Of a stretch of 64,000 nt of DNA, positions 28,366-37,839 are shown one piece after another. The DNA comes from Minisyncoccia bacterium (lineage in GTDB: Bacteria; Patescibacteriota; Minisyncoccia; Phycocordibacterales; Phycocordibacteraceae), in assembly GCA_038207395.1 (NCBI GenBank), contig JBBQZW010000002.1:309-64308 (forward strand), in the 5' to 3' direction. How positions within the stretch are numbered: the first letter of the stretch is position 1; each line of letters starts with the position of its first letter. The position numbers were made by a program, and so were the translations under genes. The notes below the pieces were generated by a model, which saw only the letters and a list, made by a program, of their open reading frames with translations, was not told the origin of the DNA and made no database searches.

Positions 28366-28662
28366 TTATACATTCGTTGGCAAATGCTCTATGAAATTCC
28401 GTATGCTGTAGAGTTCGCGTGAAAGATTAGCATCGTCCTCAAAGGGCATCCCTTCAATTAATGAGAAATCAAAATCACGAAGTTGGGCGTGTGTGAAAGA
28501 TTCCCTTTCCGTAAGCGCTGTCGCCACATCCTCAAGCTGCGTCATGATTGAATCAATACGGCGGTCTTCGAGATTCTGTGCGCGGTACCGGTTAAGGGTT
28601 GTGAGCACGTTACGGATACGCTCATCCATTTGTTCGTATGCTGCGTCTCGAGGTTTTGCCAT
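28366..28662 (-). CDS. Hypothetical small protein
   Basis: 98 aa from MAKPRDAAYEQMDERIRNVL.... The 115 aa ORF is trimmed to the Met that sits 13 nt downstream of the glyA stop. There are no recognisable motifs. Confidence 0.35.
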   Translation of the reverse strand: MAKPRDAAYEQMDERIRNVLTTLNRYRAQNLEDRRIDSIMTQLEDVATALTERESFTHAQLRDFDFSLIEGMPFEDDANLSRELYSIRNFIEHLPTNV

Positions 28663-28675
28663 GCAACTGAAATTC

Positions 28676-29947
28676 TTACAGGAACGATTCGGGAATGGAG
28701 TGCACTTTAGCAAGCTCCTTCACGCGTGAATGTACGGAGGTGATCGTTTCTTCGTCGCGCTTTGTAAGTACCTGTAGCATGAGCTGCGCGACTTCCTTAC
28801 ATTCGTCTGCAGAAAAACCACGAGTCGTAAGTGCAGGAGTGCCAAAACGAATACCTGAAGGATCCATTGGCTTACGCGTGTCGTTTGGAATCGTATTTTT
28901 ATTGAGCGTGATACCGGCGCGATCCAAAAGTTGTTCTGCCTCCTTTCCCCCAATACCAAATGAGGTCTCAACATCTACGAGCACCAGATGATTATCAGTG
29001 CCTCCGGTAATAACGCGCGCTCCTGAAGATACAAATACTTCTGCCATTGCCTGGGCGTTCAGAATGGTTTGACGTGCATAGTCTTTGAATGATGGCGCGA
29101 GTGCTTCCTTAAAAGAGATAGCTTTTGCCGCAATCTGGTGCATGTGCGGGCCTCCTTGGAGGCCCGGGAATACGGCCGAATCAATGCGCTTCGCCATCTC
29201 CGCATCCTCACGTACTAAAATCATTCCTCCCCGCGGACCACGTAGGGTCTTATGCGTTGTGGTCGTCATGACATCAAAGCCATGCATAAACGGATTCTCC
29301 AGTGCGCCTCCGGCAATAAGTCCTGCAATGTGCGCAATGTCTGCTACCGCTAGAGCCCCTACCCCATGCGCAATGTCCGCAATACGCTTCCAATCAAGCG
29401 TGCGCGGGTACGAAGAAAATCCTGCAAGGATTACTTTTGGCTTGTGCGCATGCGCAAGCGCCTGAAGTGCATCGTAATCAATCTCTCCTGTCTCAATATC
29501 TTTCATGCCGTAGCGCACAAAGGTAAATATCTTTGAGAGGTACGTGACCGGACTGCCGTGCGTAAGGTGTCCGCCATGTGAAAGATCCATTCCAAGGATG
29601 GTGTCCCCTGGCTGCATGAGTGCCATGTAGGTGGCTATGTTTGCATTCGCTCCGCCAAGAGGCTGGACATTTGCGAAGCCTGCACCAAAGAGTTCCTTCG
29701 CGCGCGAAATGGCGAGTTCTTCAATCTGATCGGTGAATTCCTGCCCTCCGTAGTATCGCTTTCCCGGATACCCTTCTGAGTATTTATTTGTAAGCGTACT
29801 AGCCATCGCTTCACGCACTGCTGACGAAGCGTAGTTCTCAGACGGAATAAGCTCCAGGCCGTCTGCCTGGCGCGTATCTTCTCCCGCTATTGCCGCATAG
29901 GCTTCCGGATCTTCACGCTGTATGAATTCGTATTCCATTACCTGCAT
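28676..29947 (-). CDS. glyA: Serine hydroxymethyltransferase
   Basis: LELIPSENYASSAVREAMASTLTNKYSEGYPGKRYYGGQEF and the PLP-Lys region THKTLRGPRGG. The ORF extends to 30148, but the start is trimmed to MQVMEYEF (or to MEYEF at 29938). Confidence 0.9.
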   Translation of the reverse strand: MQVMEYEFIQREDPEAYAAIAGEDTRQADGLELIPSENYASSAVREAMASTLTNKYSEGYPGKRYYGGQEFTDQIEELAISRAKELFGAGFANVQPLGGANANIATYMALMQPGDTILGMDLSHGGHLTHGSPVTYLSKIFTFVRYGMKDIETGEIDYDALQALAHAHKPKVILAGFSSYPRTLDWKRIADIAHGVGALAVADIAHIAGLIAGGALENPFMHGFDVMTTTTHKTLRGPRGGMILVREDAEMAKRIDSAVFPGLQGGPHMHQIAAKAISFKEALAPSFKDYARQTILNAQAMAEVFVSSGARVITGGTDNHLVLVDVETSFGIGGKEAEQLLDRAGITLNKNTIPNDTRKPMDPSGIRFGTPALTTRGFSADECKEVAQLMLQVLTKRDEETITSVHSRVKELAKVHSIPESFL

Positions 29948-30040
29948 CCTAGCGTAAAAAAGCGAATATTGCTTGACCTGAGTAGCTATCCACGTAGGAT
30001 GTTGGAGGACAACAGCAACTCTCAACAAAGGAGAATCGTC

Positions 30041-30949
30041 ATGAACGATTTCTACAAACCATTCGATATGCGTACACCGGATTCGCAATATCGAGATCGA
30101 ATCAAATTTATCCTTGAAAAGGGTGTTCTCATAAAAGATACACCGCAAGGTAAAGATGTTGAAGGCGGACTTGGAGCGCTCACATGCTTTGGTACGTTAG
30201 CGCCGATGGCCTTCGATCTGTCGAATGGTGCGCCAATCATTACCGATCGAAGCATCAAGGGTTTTTGGCGGAAGCCAATAATCGAGATCATTGAATTCGC
30301 TCATGGTACCCGCAGTATTCAGGCACTCATTAATGCCGGCTGCAACTATTGGAAAGACTATGTCGGGAAAGGGGTGAAGCACGGACTCGAAGCTGATGAC
30401 CTCGGTCCCGGATCATATGGAGCAGCTTTCCATGACTTTCCAATGCCCGACGGAAGCACGCTGAATCAGTACCAACAACAAATTGATCAGATCAAAGCAA
30501 GACCTGATCTTAGGACACTTTTCATTAGTCCCTGGATACCGTTTTATACGGCTCGGGGTTCAAACCGAAAAGTGGTTGTGGCTCCCTGTCATGGGTGGCA
30601 ACAGTTCCGAGTTATCGAGGGAAAGCTACATCTGTTAATGTTCCAGCGGTCAGCGGACTTCCCTATCGGCGTTCCATCGAACATGGCGCAGTATGCGGCA
30701 ATCCTGTTGATGATGGCGCGAGCAACAGGCTATCAGCCTGGAATCTTCGTTCATCAGTTTGGGGATGCTCACATCTACGAAGATCAGATTGATCACATGC
30801 GCGAGCTTGTGAAACGTGAAGCACTTCCTCTGCCAACACTTCGGCTCGCAAAAGAACGTTCTGATTTTTTCAGCATTACCGCTGATGACTTTACGCTCGA
30901 GGATTACTACCCTCACCCCTCTATGCCCGGCATTCCATTTAAGGCATAG
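30041..30949 (+). CDS. thyA: Thymidylate synthase, ThyA family, with a divergent N-terminal region
   Basis: Active-site VVVAPCHGWQQF, RSADFPIGVPSNMAQY (Asn is retained, suggesting dUMP specificity) and C-terminal YYPHPSMPGIPF. An SD sequence aaaggaga lies 6 nt upstream of the ATG at 30041. Confidence 0.85.
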   Translation: MNDFYKPFDMRTPDSQYRDRIKFILEKGVLIKDTPQGKDVEGGLGALTCFGTLAPMAFDLSNGAPIITDRSIKGFWRKPIIEIIEFAHGTRSIQALINAGCNYWKDYVGKGVKHGLEADDLGPGSYGAAFHDFPMPDGSTLNQYQQQIDQIKARPDLRTLFISPWIPFYTARGSNRKVVVAPCHGWQQFRVIEGKLHLLMFQRSADFPIGVPSNMAQYAAILLMMARATGYQPGIFVHQFGDAHIYEDQIDHMRELVKREALPLPTLRLAKERSDFFSITADDFTLEDYYPHPSMPGIPFKA

Positions 30950-31044
30950 AGGTAAACTTGCCGCTTCCTTCGGGAAGCGGCATTTTCTTGTATATATCCA
31001 TACCACGTGTACTATTGCCTCGGGACACGGTAAAGGAGAACCCC

Positions 31045-31497
31045 ATGCCAGATTCAGATTCCGTGCACATGGCGCACGGTCGATCAAATGAACAGCGCAA
31101 AGTAATGCAACAGATCCAAGAAGACGGTGTTGATCCGTTTGATTGGGAACTTCTCAGCAAATATCACGAGAAGCCGGTTATTCGAAGTACGACCCTTTGG
31201 ATACTCACCGCTAACGACTACCCGTACCAAGGAACTGCGCATCATTTCCTGCTTATCTACCGTGATCGAGTTCGTTCGTTTGCGGAAATGGAAGCTGCTG
31301 CGTGGAGCGAACTGCATGAAATGCTTATATGGGTTGAGAATGAATTTCAACTCACCCATGGGGCACTTCTAATGCGATTCGGCGAACCGTCGCTCTCAGG
31401 CGCAAGTGTTGATCATCTTCACATACACATAATTGTGGGTGGGGATGAAAGCGGGGGCGAGAAAATAAAAGCTGCAGTCGGATATATAAAAAAATAA
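31045..31497 (+). CDS. HIT family (histidine triad) hydrolase
   Basis: Histidine triad VDHLHIHII. An SD sequence aaaggagaa lies upstream of the ATG at 31045. Confidence 0.7.
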   Translation: MPDSDSVHMAHGRSNEQRKVMQQIQEDGVDPFDWELLSKYHEKPVIRSTTLWILTANDYPYQGTAHHFLLIYRDRVRSFAEMEAAAWSELHEMLIWVENEFQLTHGALLMRFGEPSLSGASVDHLHIHIIVGGDESGGEKIKAAVGYIKK

Positions 31498-31546
31498 ATG
31501 CGGCGTCCTGTAAGGGGCGCCGCATATTAGTTTGTTTGGGTTGGAT

Positions 31547-32389
31547 TTAGACGACTCGGATAACCTCAACACCTTTACTTAGTAAAAGGTCGAGACTTTC
31601 CAGACGAGAGTATCCCTTTTTAAAGAACAATCGTCTAACTCCAGCCCTCGCAAGGCTTGCTGCACATGGAACGCAAGGAAAATGCGTTACATATGCATCA
31701 GTTCCTGCCAGTGAAATACCGTCTCTTGCAGCCTGCGCAACAAGGTCTCGCTCCGCATGAGCGACTAACGTATCCTCAGTATTTTCTCCACGCGAGTAAA
31801 TGCTCCGGGGGTCACCGAGAATGTTCGGTAAATCAGGATCAAGAGCTGCGGCATTATACGCGATTAGTATTGGCATCCCATCTCGGGAGATGAGCGCTCC
31901 AACCGAAAGCCACCAGTCTTTGCTTTTTTCAGCCTCCATTTCTGCGAATTGCATCAGTTGCCGAGCAGTCTCTTCAGAAGTGCACTCAGTCGTAGGCACT
32001 TCATCAATACGCTCGACGCCCTTACGGTCGTATCGTAGACGAGTCGTATCGAGCTTGACGATAGCGTTCGGGAAGAACGCAGTTAATGCCAGACTCGTTA
32101 TATCTTCGTCTGTTGTTTGAATATGAACAGAATCCGTTGTTACATTGGGAACCAACATCTCAACACTATTAAAGTTGAAATATCGACCCACACAGTCTTC
32201 TATTACAGACTCTGGCATTCCTCGTATTGCCACATCTTTTTTCAAAACATATGCAGCATTAGGACCAAGAGCCTTTATCGCATTAGTTCCGATCAAGAAA
32301 CAGTCGTAGTCTCGGGACTCATGTTTTCGCAAGAAGTCCCAGTACCCACGATGTATGACCGGCATGTAGAGCATGACAATCATACGCAT
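31547..32389 (-). CDS. Fusion protein: unknown N-terminal domain (about 135 aa) plus a C-terminal dCMP/CMP deaminase zinc-binding domain
   Basis: Deaminase motifs HAERDLVAQAARDG and THFPCVPCAASLARAGV (H-x-E ... PC-x-x-C). The N-terminal MPVIHRGYWDFLRKHESRDYDCFLIG... domain is unassigned. Confidence 0.7.
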   Translation of the reverse strand: MRMIVMLYMPVIHRGYWDFLRKHESRDYDCFLIGTNAIKALGPNAAYVLKKDVAIRGMPESVIEDCVGRYFNFNSVEMLVPNVTTDSVHIQTTDEDITSLALTAFFPNAIVKLDTTRLRYDRKGVERIDEVPTTECTSEETARQLMQFAEMEAEKSKDWWLSVGALISRDGMPILIAYNAAALDPDLPNILGDPRSIYSRGENTEDTLVAHAERDLVAQAARDGISLAGTDAYVTHFPCVPCAASLARAGVRRLFFKKGYSRLESLDLLLSKGVEVIRVV

Positions 32390-32979
32390 TAGCTTTTCTC
32401 CCCTAATGCTGAACGGATCATTTCATCCGCCTTGTCACGGATTACCGTGAGTGACGGAATAAGTGTTTCCAACTGAAGCTTACGAATATTCGCGCTCGTT
32501 GAAGTAGTAGCTTGAGATTTTAACTCGATTATTTCTCCACATAATTCTTCGAGGGCCTTTTGACGCTCTTCATCGTACTCACTCCGTTCTGATATCACAA
32601 GAACGTCGGGGCGCACAAGACGGATAAGTGCCCATCGGTCATCGTCTTTTCCTTTGAGGGTAATAATGTCGGGATACCTGCAATGCGCAAGCATCTCCGC
32701 CCGTTCAAGTTCAGGGATGATAGGTCGAGAAGGACCTTTTCGATCTCGTATTTTTTCATCCGAATCGACGCCGACGATTAAGCAATCACCGAGCATTCGG
32801 GCTTCCCGCAAGTAACGCATATGGCCAATGTGCGATATATCGAAACTTCCAGACGTTAGGACAATTTTAAGACCGAGCGTCCGTAGGGCTTCAACTTTTG
32901 CAACCAGAAGCTGTGTATCGGTTATCAACCGGTCTTCAAACGCGTCGTGAGACGCAAAGATAGAACCACGATCCATCAT
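32389..32979 (-). CDS. Cytidylyltransferase-family nucleotidyltransferase (RfaE domain II / TagD / RibL-like)
   Basis: IVLTSGSFDISHIGHMRYLREARMLGDCLIVGVDSDEKIRDRKG contains the HxGH nucleotidyltransferase motif. Its stop overlaps the start of the deaminase fusion gene. Confidence 0.65.
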   Translation of the reverse strand: MMDRGSIFASHDAFEDRLITDTQLLVAKVEALRTLGLKIVLTSGSFDISHIGHMRYLREARMLGDCLIVGVDSDEKIRDRKGPSRPIIPELERAEMLAHCRYPDIITLKGKDDDRWALIRLVRPDVLVISERSEYDEERQKALEELCGEIIELKSQATTSTSANIRKLQLETLIPSLTVIRDKADEMIRSALGEKS

Positions 32980-33113
32980 GAGATATTCCTTCCATTGCTA
33001 TGAGAGCTATCCGAGCGGATGCTACCACATTGAAGGAAGCGGCGCACGTAATTGCCCTATTTGAATGGGTATGTAACCATTCAAATCAGGATAGTAGTAC
33101 AGGGAGAATACGT

Positions 33114-33611
33114 ATGATCAGTATCATTGCCGCAATCGGCGAACGGAACCGCGTCATTGGACGCGACAACGATTTACCGTGGAGTCGACGACTCAAACCG
33201 GACATGAATCGTTTCATTGAACTTACAATGGAGCACCCAGTAATAATGGGGCGAAATACCTGGGATTCAATTCCGGAAAAGTTTCGTCCTCTAGCAGGTC
33301 GTAGCAACATTGTTGTAACCCGACAACTTACACTGCAGATACCAAATGTAAAGATTGTTCACTCAGTAACTGCAGCACTCGCAGTCGCAGAGTCTATGCC
33401 GGGTGGTGAGAACATATGTGTTATTGGAGGCCAATACATCTATCAATCATCGCTCGCAAAAGCGCACCGTCTGCATCTCACCCTTGTCAATGAAGATGCG
33501 GAGGGCGACACGTTCTTTCCGGATTATTCGGAATTTTCAAAAGAGATCGAACATTCCGTTGTTCCTGATTTTTTGCCGAGGCTTACATTCCTGACGCTCG
33601 AACGTCCGTAA
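33114..33611 (+). CDS. folA: Dihydrofolate reductase
   Basis: MISIIAAIGERNRVIGRDNDLPWS... is the canonical DHFR N-terminus. An SD sequence agggaga lies upstream of the ATG at 33114. The upstream in-frame extension to 33000 was rejected. Confidence 0.85.
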   Translation: MISIIAAIGERNRVIGRDNDLPWSRRLKPDMNRFIELTMEHPVIMGRNTWDSIPEKFRPLAGRSNIVVTRQLTLQIPNVKIVHSVTAALAVAESMPGGENICVIGGQYIYQSSLAKAHRLHLTLVNEDAEGDTFFPDYSEFSKEIEHSVVPDFLPRLTFLTLERP

Positions 33612-33653
33612 TAAAAAGGCCGTCTGTAAAACAGACGGCCTTTTCGTCTATAA

Positions 33654-34397
33654 CTATCCTCTCCCCGTAACCGGCTCGGCCTTCTGCATATAACTCCCAA
33701 CGACCCGCATAAGATTATCAGCAATATTTTTGCTCAGCGTGTCGCCACGTTCTGCTCCTGCCTTCCATATTTCTTCGGTAATCATTTGAATACCGTCATT
33801 AATGAGCGCGCGCGCTTCCTCACGAATTTCATTTCTTCGTTTCTCGTTCAAGTCTTCCCATCCCTTATACAAAGCCTTGTGCTGGGCCAGTATGTTTTTT
33901 ATATCGGGACGTTCGAGAGCTTCCTTTGTTGCTGTAAGCAATGCACGCAACGATTCTGTTGTTTGGGGAATAAGCACATCCCCAATATCCCTTGCTCGAG
34001 TACGGAGTTCTTCGGAGGCCCAATTCCCTTCCGTGTCTTGAGGATACAAATCTTGATCTTGTATGGGTGAGTTAAAGCCGAGTGCTCCCGCAATAAGATT
34101 GAGTGTATACACATTTCCTGACTGAAGAACTTTTTTAACTTCGGCAGTAGTGAGAACGTGCCCAATGCTATGCAGTGCATGCTGCGCATTCACTTTCTCT
34201 GTTCTGCGCGTAAGATTTTCGTCGTCAGGAATAGGTGCAACCAGTCCCTGAACTGCTGCGCGCGGATCTTCCTGCGCTACTAGTCGCTCAGCCACCATGA
34301 CCGTAATACCGAGAGGATTACGAGGCATCCGCACATTCCCTTCCAACGAAGCCTGGGCAACTTCTTCACGCGGAGTACGTGGCATTCCTTCTTTCAT
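33654..34397 (-). CDS. Hypothetical protein
   Basis: ORF with an MKEGMPRTPREEV start. There are no recognisable motifs. Confidence 0.35.
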   Translation of the reverse strand: MKEGMPRTPREEVAQASLEGNVRMPRNPLGITVMVAERLVAQEDPRAAVQGLVAPIPDDENLTRRTEKVNAQHALHSIGHVLTTAEVKKVLQSGNVYTLNLIAGALGFNSPIQDQDLYPQDTEGNWASEELRTRARDIGDVLIPQTTESLRALLTATKEALERPDIKNILAQHKALYKGWEDLNEKRRNEIREEARALINDGIQMITEEIWKAGAERGDTLSKNIADNLMRVVGSYMQKAEPVTGRG

Positions 34398-34413
34398 ACA
34401 AAAAGTATATACG

Positions 34414-34444
34414 AAAAAGGCCCGAGAGTATTCCGGGCCTTTTT
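34414..34444. terminator. Bidirectional intrinsic terminator (aaaaa-GGCCCG agagtatt CCGGGCC-ttttt)
   Basis: GC stem flanked by A-run and T-run tracts, immediately downstream of the rplK stop. Confidence 0.6.
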
Positions 34445-34461
34445 CACTATCTTTTAAACAC

Positions 34462-34881
34462 TTACTTAATCTCAACACCCATCGAACGAGCAGTACCTTC
34501 TACCATACGCTCTGCCGCTTCCACGGTTGATGCAGTGAGATCAGGCATCTTCTTCTCAGCGATCTCGCGGACCTGTTCCTTCGTCAGAGTACCTACCTTC
34601 TTAGAAGGCGCTTTTCCTGAACCCTTATCTACCCCAAGCGCTTTGAGGATGAGACGAGACATAGGAGAAACCTTGAGGACGAACGTAAATGAGCGGTCGT
34701 CATAGACGGTCATGTCCACAGGAATGATCACGCCTGGCTGGTCTTTGGTTGCCTCGTTAAACTTATTAACGAAGTCACCGATGTTCACGCCGGCAGGACC
34801 GAGCACGGTTCCAATAGGAGGCGCAGGGTTAGCTTTGCCGCCGGGGATTTGGAGTTTGATTTTCTTTACTACTTTAGCCAT
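34462..34881 (-). CDS. rplK: 50S ribosomal protein L11
   Basis: [47 protein letters not shown] is canonical L11. Confidence 0.9.
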   Translation of the reverse strand: MAKVVKKIKLQIPGGKANPAPPIGTVLGPAGVNIGDFVNKFNEATKDQPGVIIPVDMTVYDDRSFTFVLKVSPMSRLILKALGVDKGSGKAPSKKVGTLTKEQVREIAEKKMPDLTASTVEAAERMVEGTARSMGVEIK

Positions 34882-34905
34882 ATATATGTGTTAGCAGACT
34901 GTACC

Positions 34906-35475
34906 TTACAGTTTCCTTATTTGCAAAAAGTCGAGTTCCACGGGAGTCTCGCGACCGAACATGGCGACCATAACCTTTACCTTCCCGCGCTCTTCGTCGA
35001 TCTCTCCAATCTTTCCTTCAAGGTCCTTAAATGGGCCATCCATAATAACGATTGGGTCATCTTTCATGAGATCAATACGGTGCTTAGGCACATCAGCGTC
35101 CATGCGCTTCATGAGTGAAGTCACTTCTGAGTCATCCATAGGAACGGGAGTAACTCCTGAACCAACAAACCCGGTTACGCGTGGAGTGTTGCGAACAACG
35201 AACCACGAGTCTTCGTCCACGATCATGCGAACAAGAATGTAACCCGGATAAATCTTCTCTTCTTCGACGATACGCTTCCCTCCTTTCACGCGAATCTTCT
35301 TTTCAGTTGGAACAACGACTTCAAAAATCTTGTTTTCCATACCGAGACTTTCAATGCGCTGCTTTAGATTACGCTCAACAGCGTTTTCATATCCTGCATA
35401 GGTGTGAATGGTGTACCAGCGTGGTTCACTGTTTGCAGCATCATCGGCAAATTCTGGGGTAGTGCGTAGTTCCAT
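34906..35475 (-). CDS. nusG: Transcription termination/antitermination factor NusG
   Basis: NGN domain RWYTIHTYAGYENAVERNL plus a KOW domain (IVIMDGPFKDLEGKIGEIDEERGKVKVMV). Confidence 0.9.
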   Translation of the reverse strand: MELRTTPEFADDAANSEPRWYTIHTYAGYENAVERNLKQRIESLGMENKIFEVVVPTEKKIRVKGGKRIVEEEKIYPGYILVRMIVDEDSWFVVRNTPRVTGFVGSGVTPVPMDDSEVTSLMKRMDADVPKHRIDLMKDDPIVIMDGPFKDLEGKIGEIDEERGKVKVMVAMFGRETPVELDFLQIRKL

Positions 35476-35504
35476 AGAATATAAGTTAAAGAGCTTCGGG
35501 GGTA

Positions 35505-35693
35505 TTAGTGAGAAGAAACGTAGCGCTCGATAGCCTGAGTGAAGATGTAGTCTAGGCCTGAGATAAGGAGTGCTGCGATAATTGAAATCACTACGATAAG
35601 AGCCACGTGAACGAGCGCTGTGCGTGGACGAGGCCAGACAACGTGATCCATTTCAGCACGCACGTTTTTGAGATAGGTGATAAGTGAGGACAT
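35505..35693 (-). CDS. secE: Preprotein translocase subunit SecE
   Basis: 62 aa with a single TM helix, in the conserved secE-nusG-rplK arrangement. Confidence 0.75.
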   Translation of the reverse strand: MSSLITYLKNVRAEMDHVVWPRPRTALVHVALIVVISIIAALLISGLDYIFTQAIERYVSSH

Positions 35694-35775
35694 ACGAAAG
35701 TATTAGCGCTCCAATTAAAAAACCCCCGCGGGGTTTGATAACGGCATGATACTACAGCCTAGATACAACGTCAAA

Positions 35776-36579
35776 CTATTTAATTCGGTAGGTTATCTGC
35801 ACCGTCACGGTGCGTTCGTCACTTCCCACTGGAAGCACTGGCGCAGGCGCACCCACTGCCTCTGACGACATCGCCTTATCAAACATTGGATAAGCGTTAT
35901 TCGGTTGGTCTGAATAACTCACTACGCTAACGAGCGAGACGCCAAGCTCCTTTGCAAGCTGCTTTGCCTTATCTTGAGCGTTTTTGATAGCTTCAGCGCG
36001 CGCCATATTTGTTACCCCTGAATCATCATCCACCATAAAGTTTGGGCCTGAGACATTCTGTACACCAATAGTTCCGAGTTTTGAGAGAACATCGCTCGCC
36101 TTATTCGTGTCACGAATCGTCACTTCAACACTCTGAGATACTTCGTATCCAATAATGGTATTTGGGTTTGTTGTGACAGGGCGTGGACACTCTGCTCCGA
36201 AGCAAGGATTCTGTGAGGAGTACTGCGGAGAAATGGTGTACGCAGCTGTTTTTATATCTTTGTCCTCAATTCCTAACACCTTCATTGCAGCTATAGCGTC
36301 ATTTCCCTTCTTTGCAGCAGCATTCTGGGCAGTCGTCACATCAGATGCTTGCTCCTGAACAGTGAACGATATCTTTGCAATGTCAGGCTTTGCTGAACTT
36401 ACTCCCGTACCACTTACGGTAATGGTATTTATCTGAGGATAGTCCCCTTCGCCAAACCGAGCCATTGCATCAAATGTTTTTACAACTAAAAAGATGGCGA
36501 GCATTCCAAGCGCTGCTGCGGCTGCCATGCGCATGGGACGACTTACGGTTACGAGTGTCTGACGAGTTTCTTCCTTCAT
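35776..36579 (-). CDS. SIMPL domain (DUF541) periplasmic/surface protein
   Basis: N-terminal TM/signal segment and a SIMPL-like pattern (ISFTVQEQASDVTTAQNAAAKKGNDAIAAMKVLGI...). Confidence 0.6.
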   Translation of the reverse strand: MKEETRQTLVTVSRPMRMAAAAALGMLAIFLVVKTFDAMARFGEGDYPQINTITVSGTGVSSAKPDIAKISFTVQEQASDVTTAQNAAAKKGNDAIAAMKVLGIEDKDIKTAAYTISPQYSSQNPCFGAECPRPVTTNPNTIIGYEVSQSVEVTIRDTNKASDVLSKLGTIGVQNVSGPNFMVDDDSGVTNMARAEAIKNAQDKAKQLAKELGVSLVSVVSYSDQPNNAYPMFDKAMSSEAVGAPAPVLPVGSDERTVTVQITYRIK

Positions 36580-36674
36580 AGTGAGTGATTAGCGTATATG
36601 CTTGGTATGACGTTATTCTAGCACCGCTCTTACTGCCGCATGAGATATCGCCACTCGAGCTATACTGTCCGCAT

Positions 36675-37805
36675 ATGAAAAAGAGTTCAATTCTTCGTAT
36701 TCTTTTTGGTGTTTGCCTCTTATCTACAGCAATCCCAACTATCTCCCATGCTCAGACGGCGGAACTCATTCAAGACACCGTAACCCTTGAACGTGCAGAA
36801 GTTATTTCAGCAACACCTAAAGGCACAGCTTCCGTTGAAGGTACTAACGTTACTTCAAGCATTCAGGCCCTGGAAGTAAAAATTCTTACCGGTCCAGACA
36901 AAGGAATGGTGGTGAGTTTTGATAATGATTATACGCAACTTAGTAAAGGTGAGGAATTTTATATTCGCCATATAACAAACTCGATTGAGAATCGTGACGT
37001 TTGGTCAGTCGCTGATCCCTACCGACTACCGATATTACTGGCGGTGGGGATTATCTTCATAATCCTGTTATGTATCTTTGGCGGAATCCAAGGTATGCGT
37101 GGTCTCATAAGTTTATTTGGAAGTTTGGTTATTATCTTTTACCTACTTCTACCTAGTATTTACGCAGGACACTCGCCCATTCTCGTAGCTCTAGGGATTT
37201 CCTCACTAATTATCATTGTTGGTTCGTATATAACGCATGGAATAAGTCGAACAACGACCAGTGCAATGATTGGAATGATTGGCACAATCATTCTCACAGG
37301 CACAGCAACGTACTTAGTTATTCATGGAGCACATCTTTCGGGATTTACGTCGGAAACAAATGCGTATTTGAATTTTAATACTGGCGGACGCATAAGTATG
37401 GCAGGTCTTTTATTTGGAGGGATTATGATCGGACTACTTGGAGTTTTATATGACATCGCTATTGGGCAGGCAGTTGCGGTAGAAGAGCTATATCTTGCTG
37501 GTCAGTACACTCCCGCACAAGTGTACCGACGTGCAATGCGTATTGGACGCGAGCATATTGGAGCACTAGTTAATACCCTTGCTATCGCCTACGTAGGAAC
37601 ATCACTCCCCTTACTACTTTTGTTTAAAGAATCGGACGCTGGGATGGGTTTTCTAATTAATAGCGAACTATTTGCAACTGAAATTATTAGAATTCTTATG
37701 GGCTCAATAGGATTAGTACTTGCCGTTCCTATTACTACGCTAATTGCGACATACGCACTTCGAAATATTCACCGTCCGAGCGGCACTCACAGTCACTCGC
37801 ACTAG
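36675..37805 (+). CDS. YibE/F family multi-pass membrane protein
   Basis: Signal/TM N-terminus, an extracellular beta domain, then about 7 TM helices and a His-rich C-terminus. The start is chosen at MKKSSILRIL. Confidence 0.55.
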   Translation: MKKSSILRILFGVCLLSTAIPTISHAQTAELIQDTVTLERAEVISATPKGTASVEGTNVTSSIQALEVKILTGPDKGMVVSFDNDYTQLSKGEEFYIRHITNSIENRDVWSVADPYRLPILLAVGIIFIILLCIFGGIQGMRGLISLFGSLVIIFYLLLPSIYAGHSPILVALGISSLIIIVGSYITHGISRTTTSAMIGMIGTIILTGTATYLVIHGAHLSGFTSETNAYLNFNTGGRISMAGLLFGGIMIGLLGVLYDIAIGQAVAVEELYLAGQYTPAQVYRRAMRIGREHIGALVNTLAIAYVGTSLPLLLLFKESDAGMGFLINSELFATEIIRILMGSIGLVLAVPITTLIATYALRNIHRPSGTHSHSH

Positions 37806-37839
37806 TAATTTTTATGCTTTCTGAGTTATTGCAAGTTAA

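Noticed and set aside
28676-30148. The 490 aa extended glyA ORF and the 326 aa extended thyA ORF (29969..) overlapping head-to-head.
   Set aside because: The N-terminal extensions have no similarity to SHMT or ThyA, and they would overlap the divergent partner's coding region. Internal Mets at 29947/29938 (glyA) and 30041 (thyA, with a strong SD sequence) give canonical protein lengths.
33000-33113. N-terminal 38 aa extension of folA (ORF from 33000).
   Set aside because: The canonical DHFR N-terminus MISIIAAIGERNRVIG begins at 33114 with an SD sequence agggaga upstream. The extension would overlap the 32389-32979 gene end.
35728-35748. Weak hairpin aaacccc-gcg-ggggttt between the SIMPL gene and secE.
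   Set aside because: The stem is only 4-7 bp with a 3 nt loop. It may terminate the SIMPL transcript on the minus strand, but it is too marginal to list.
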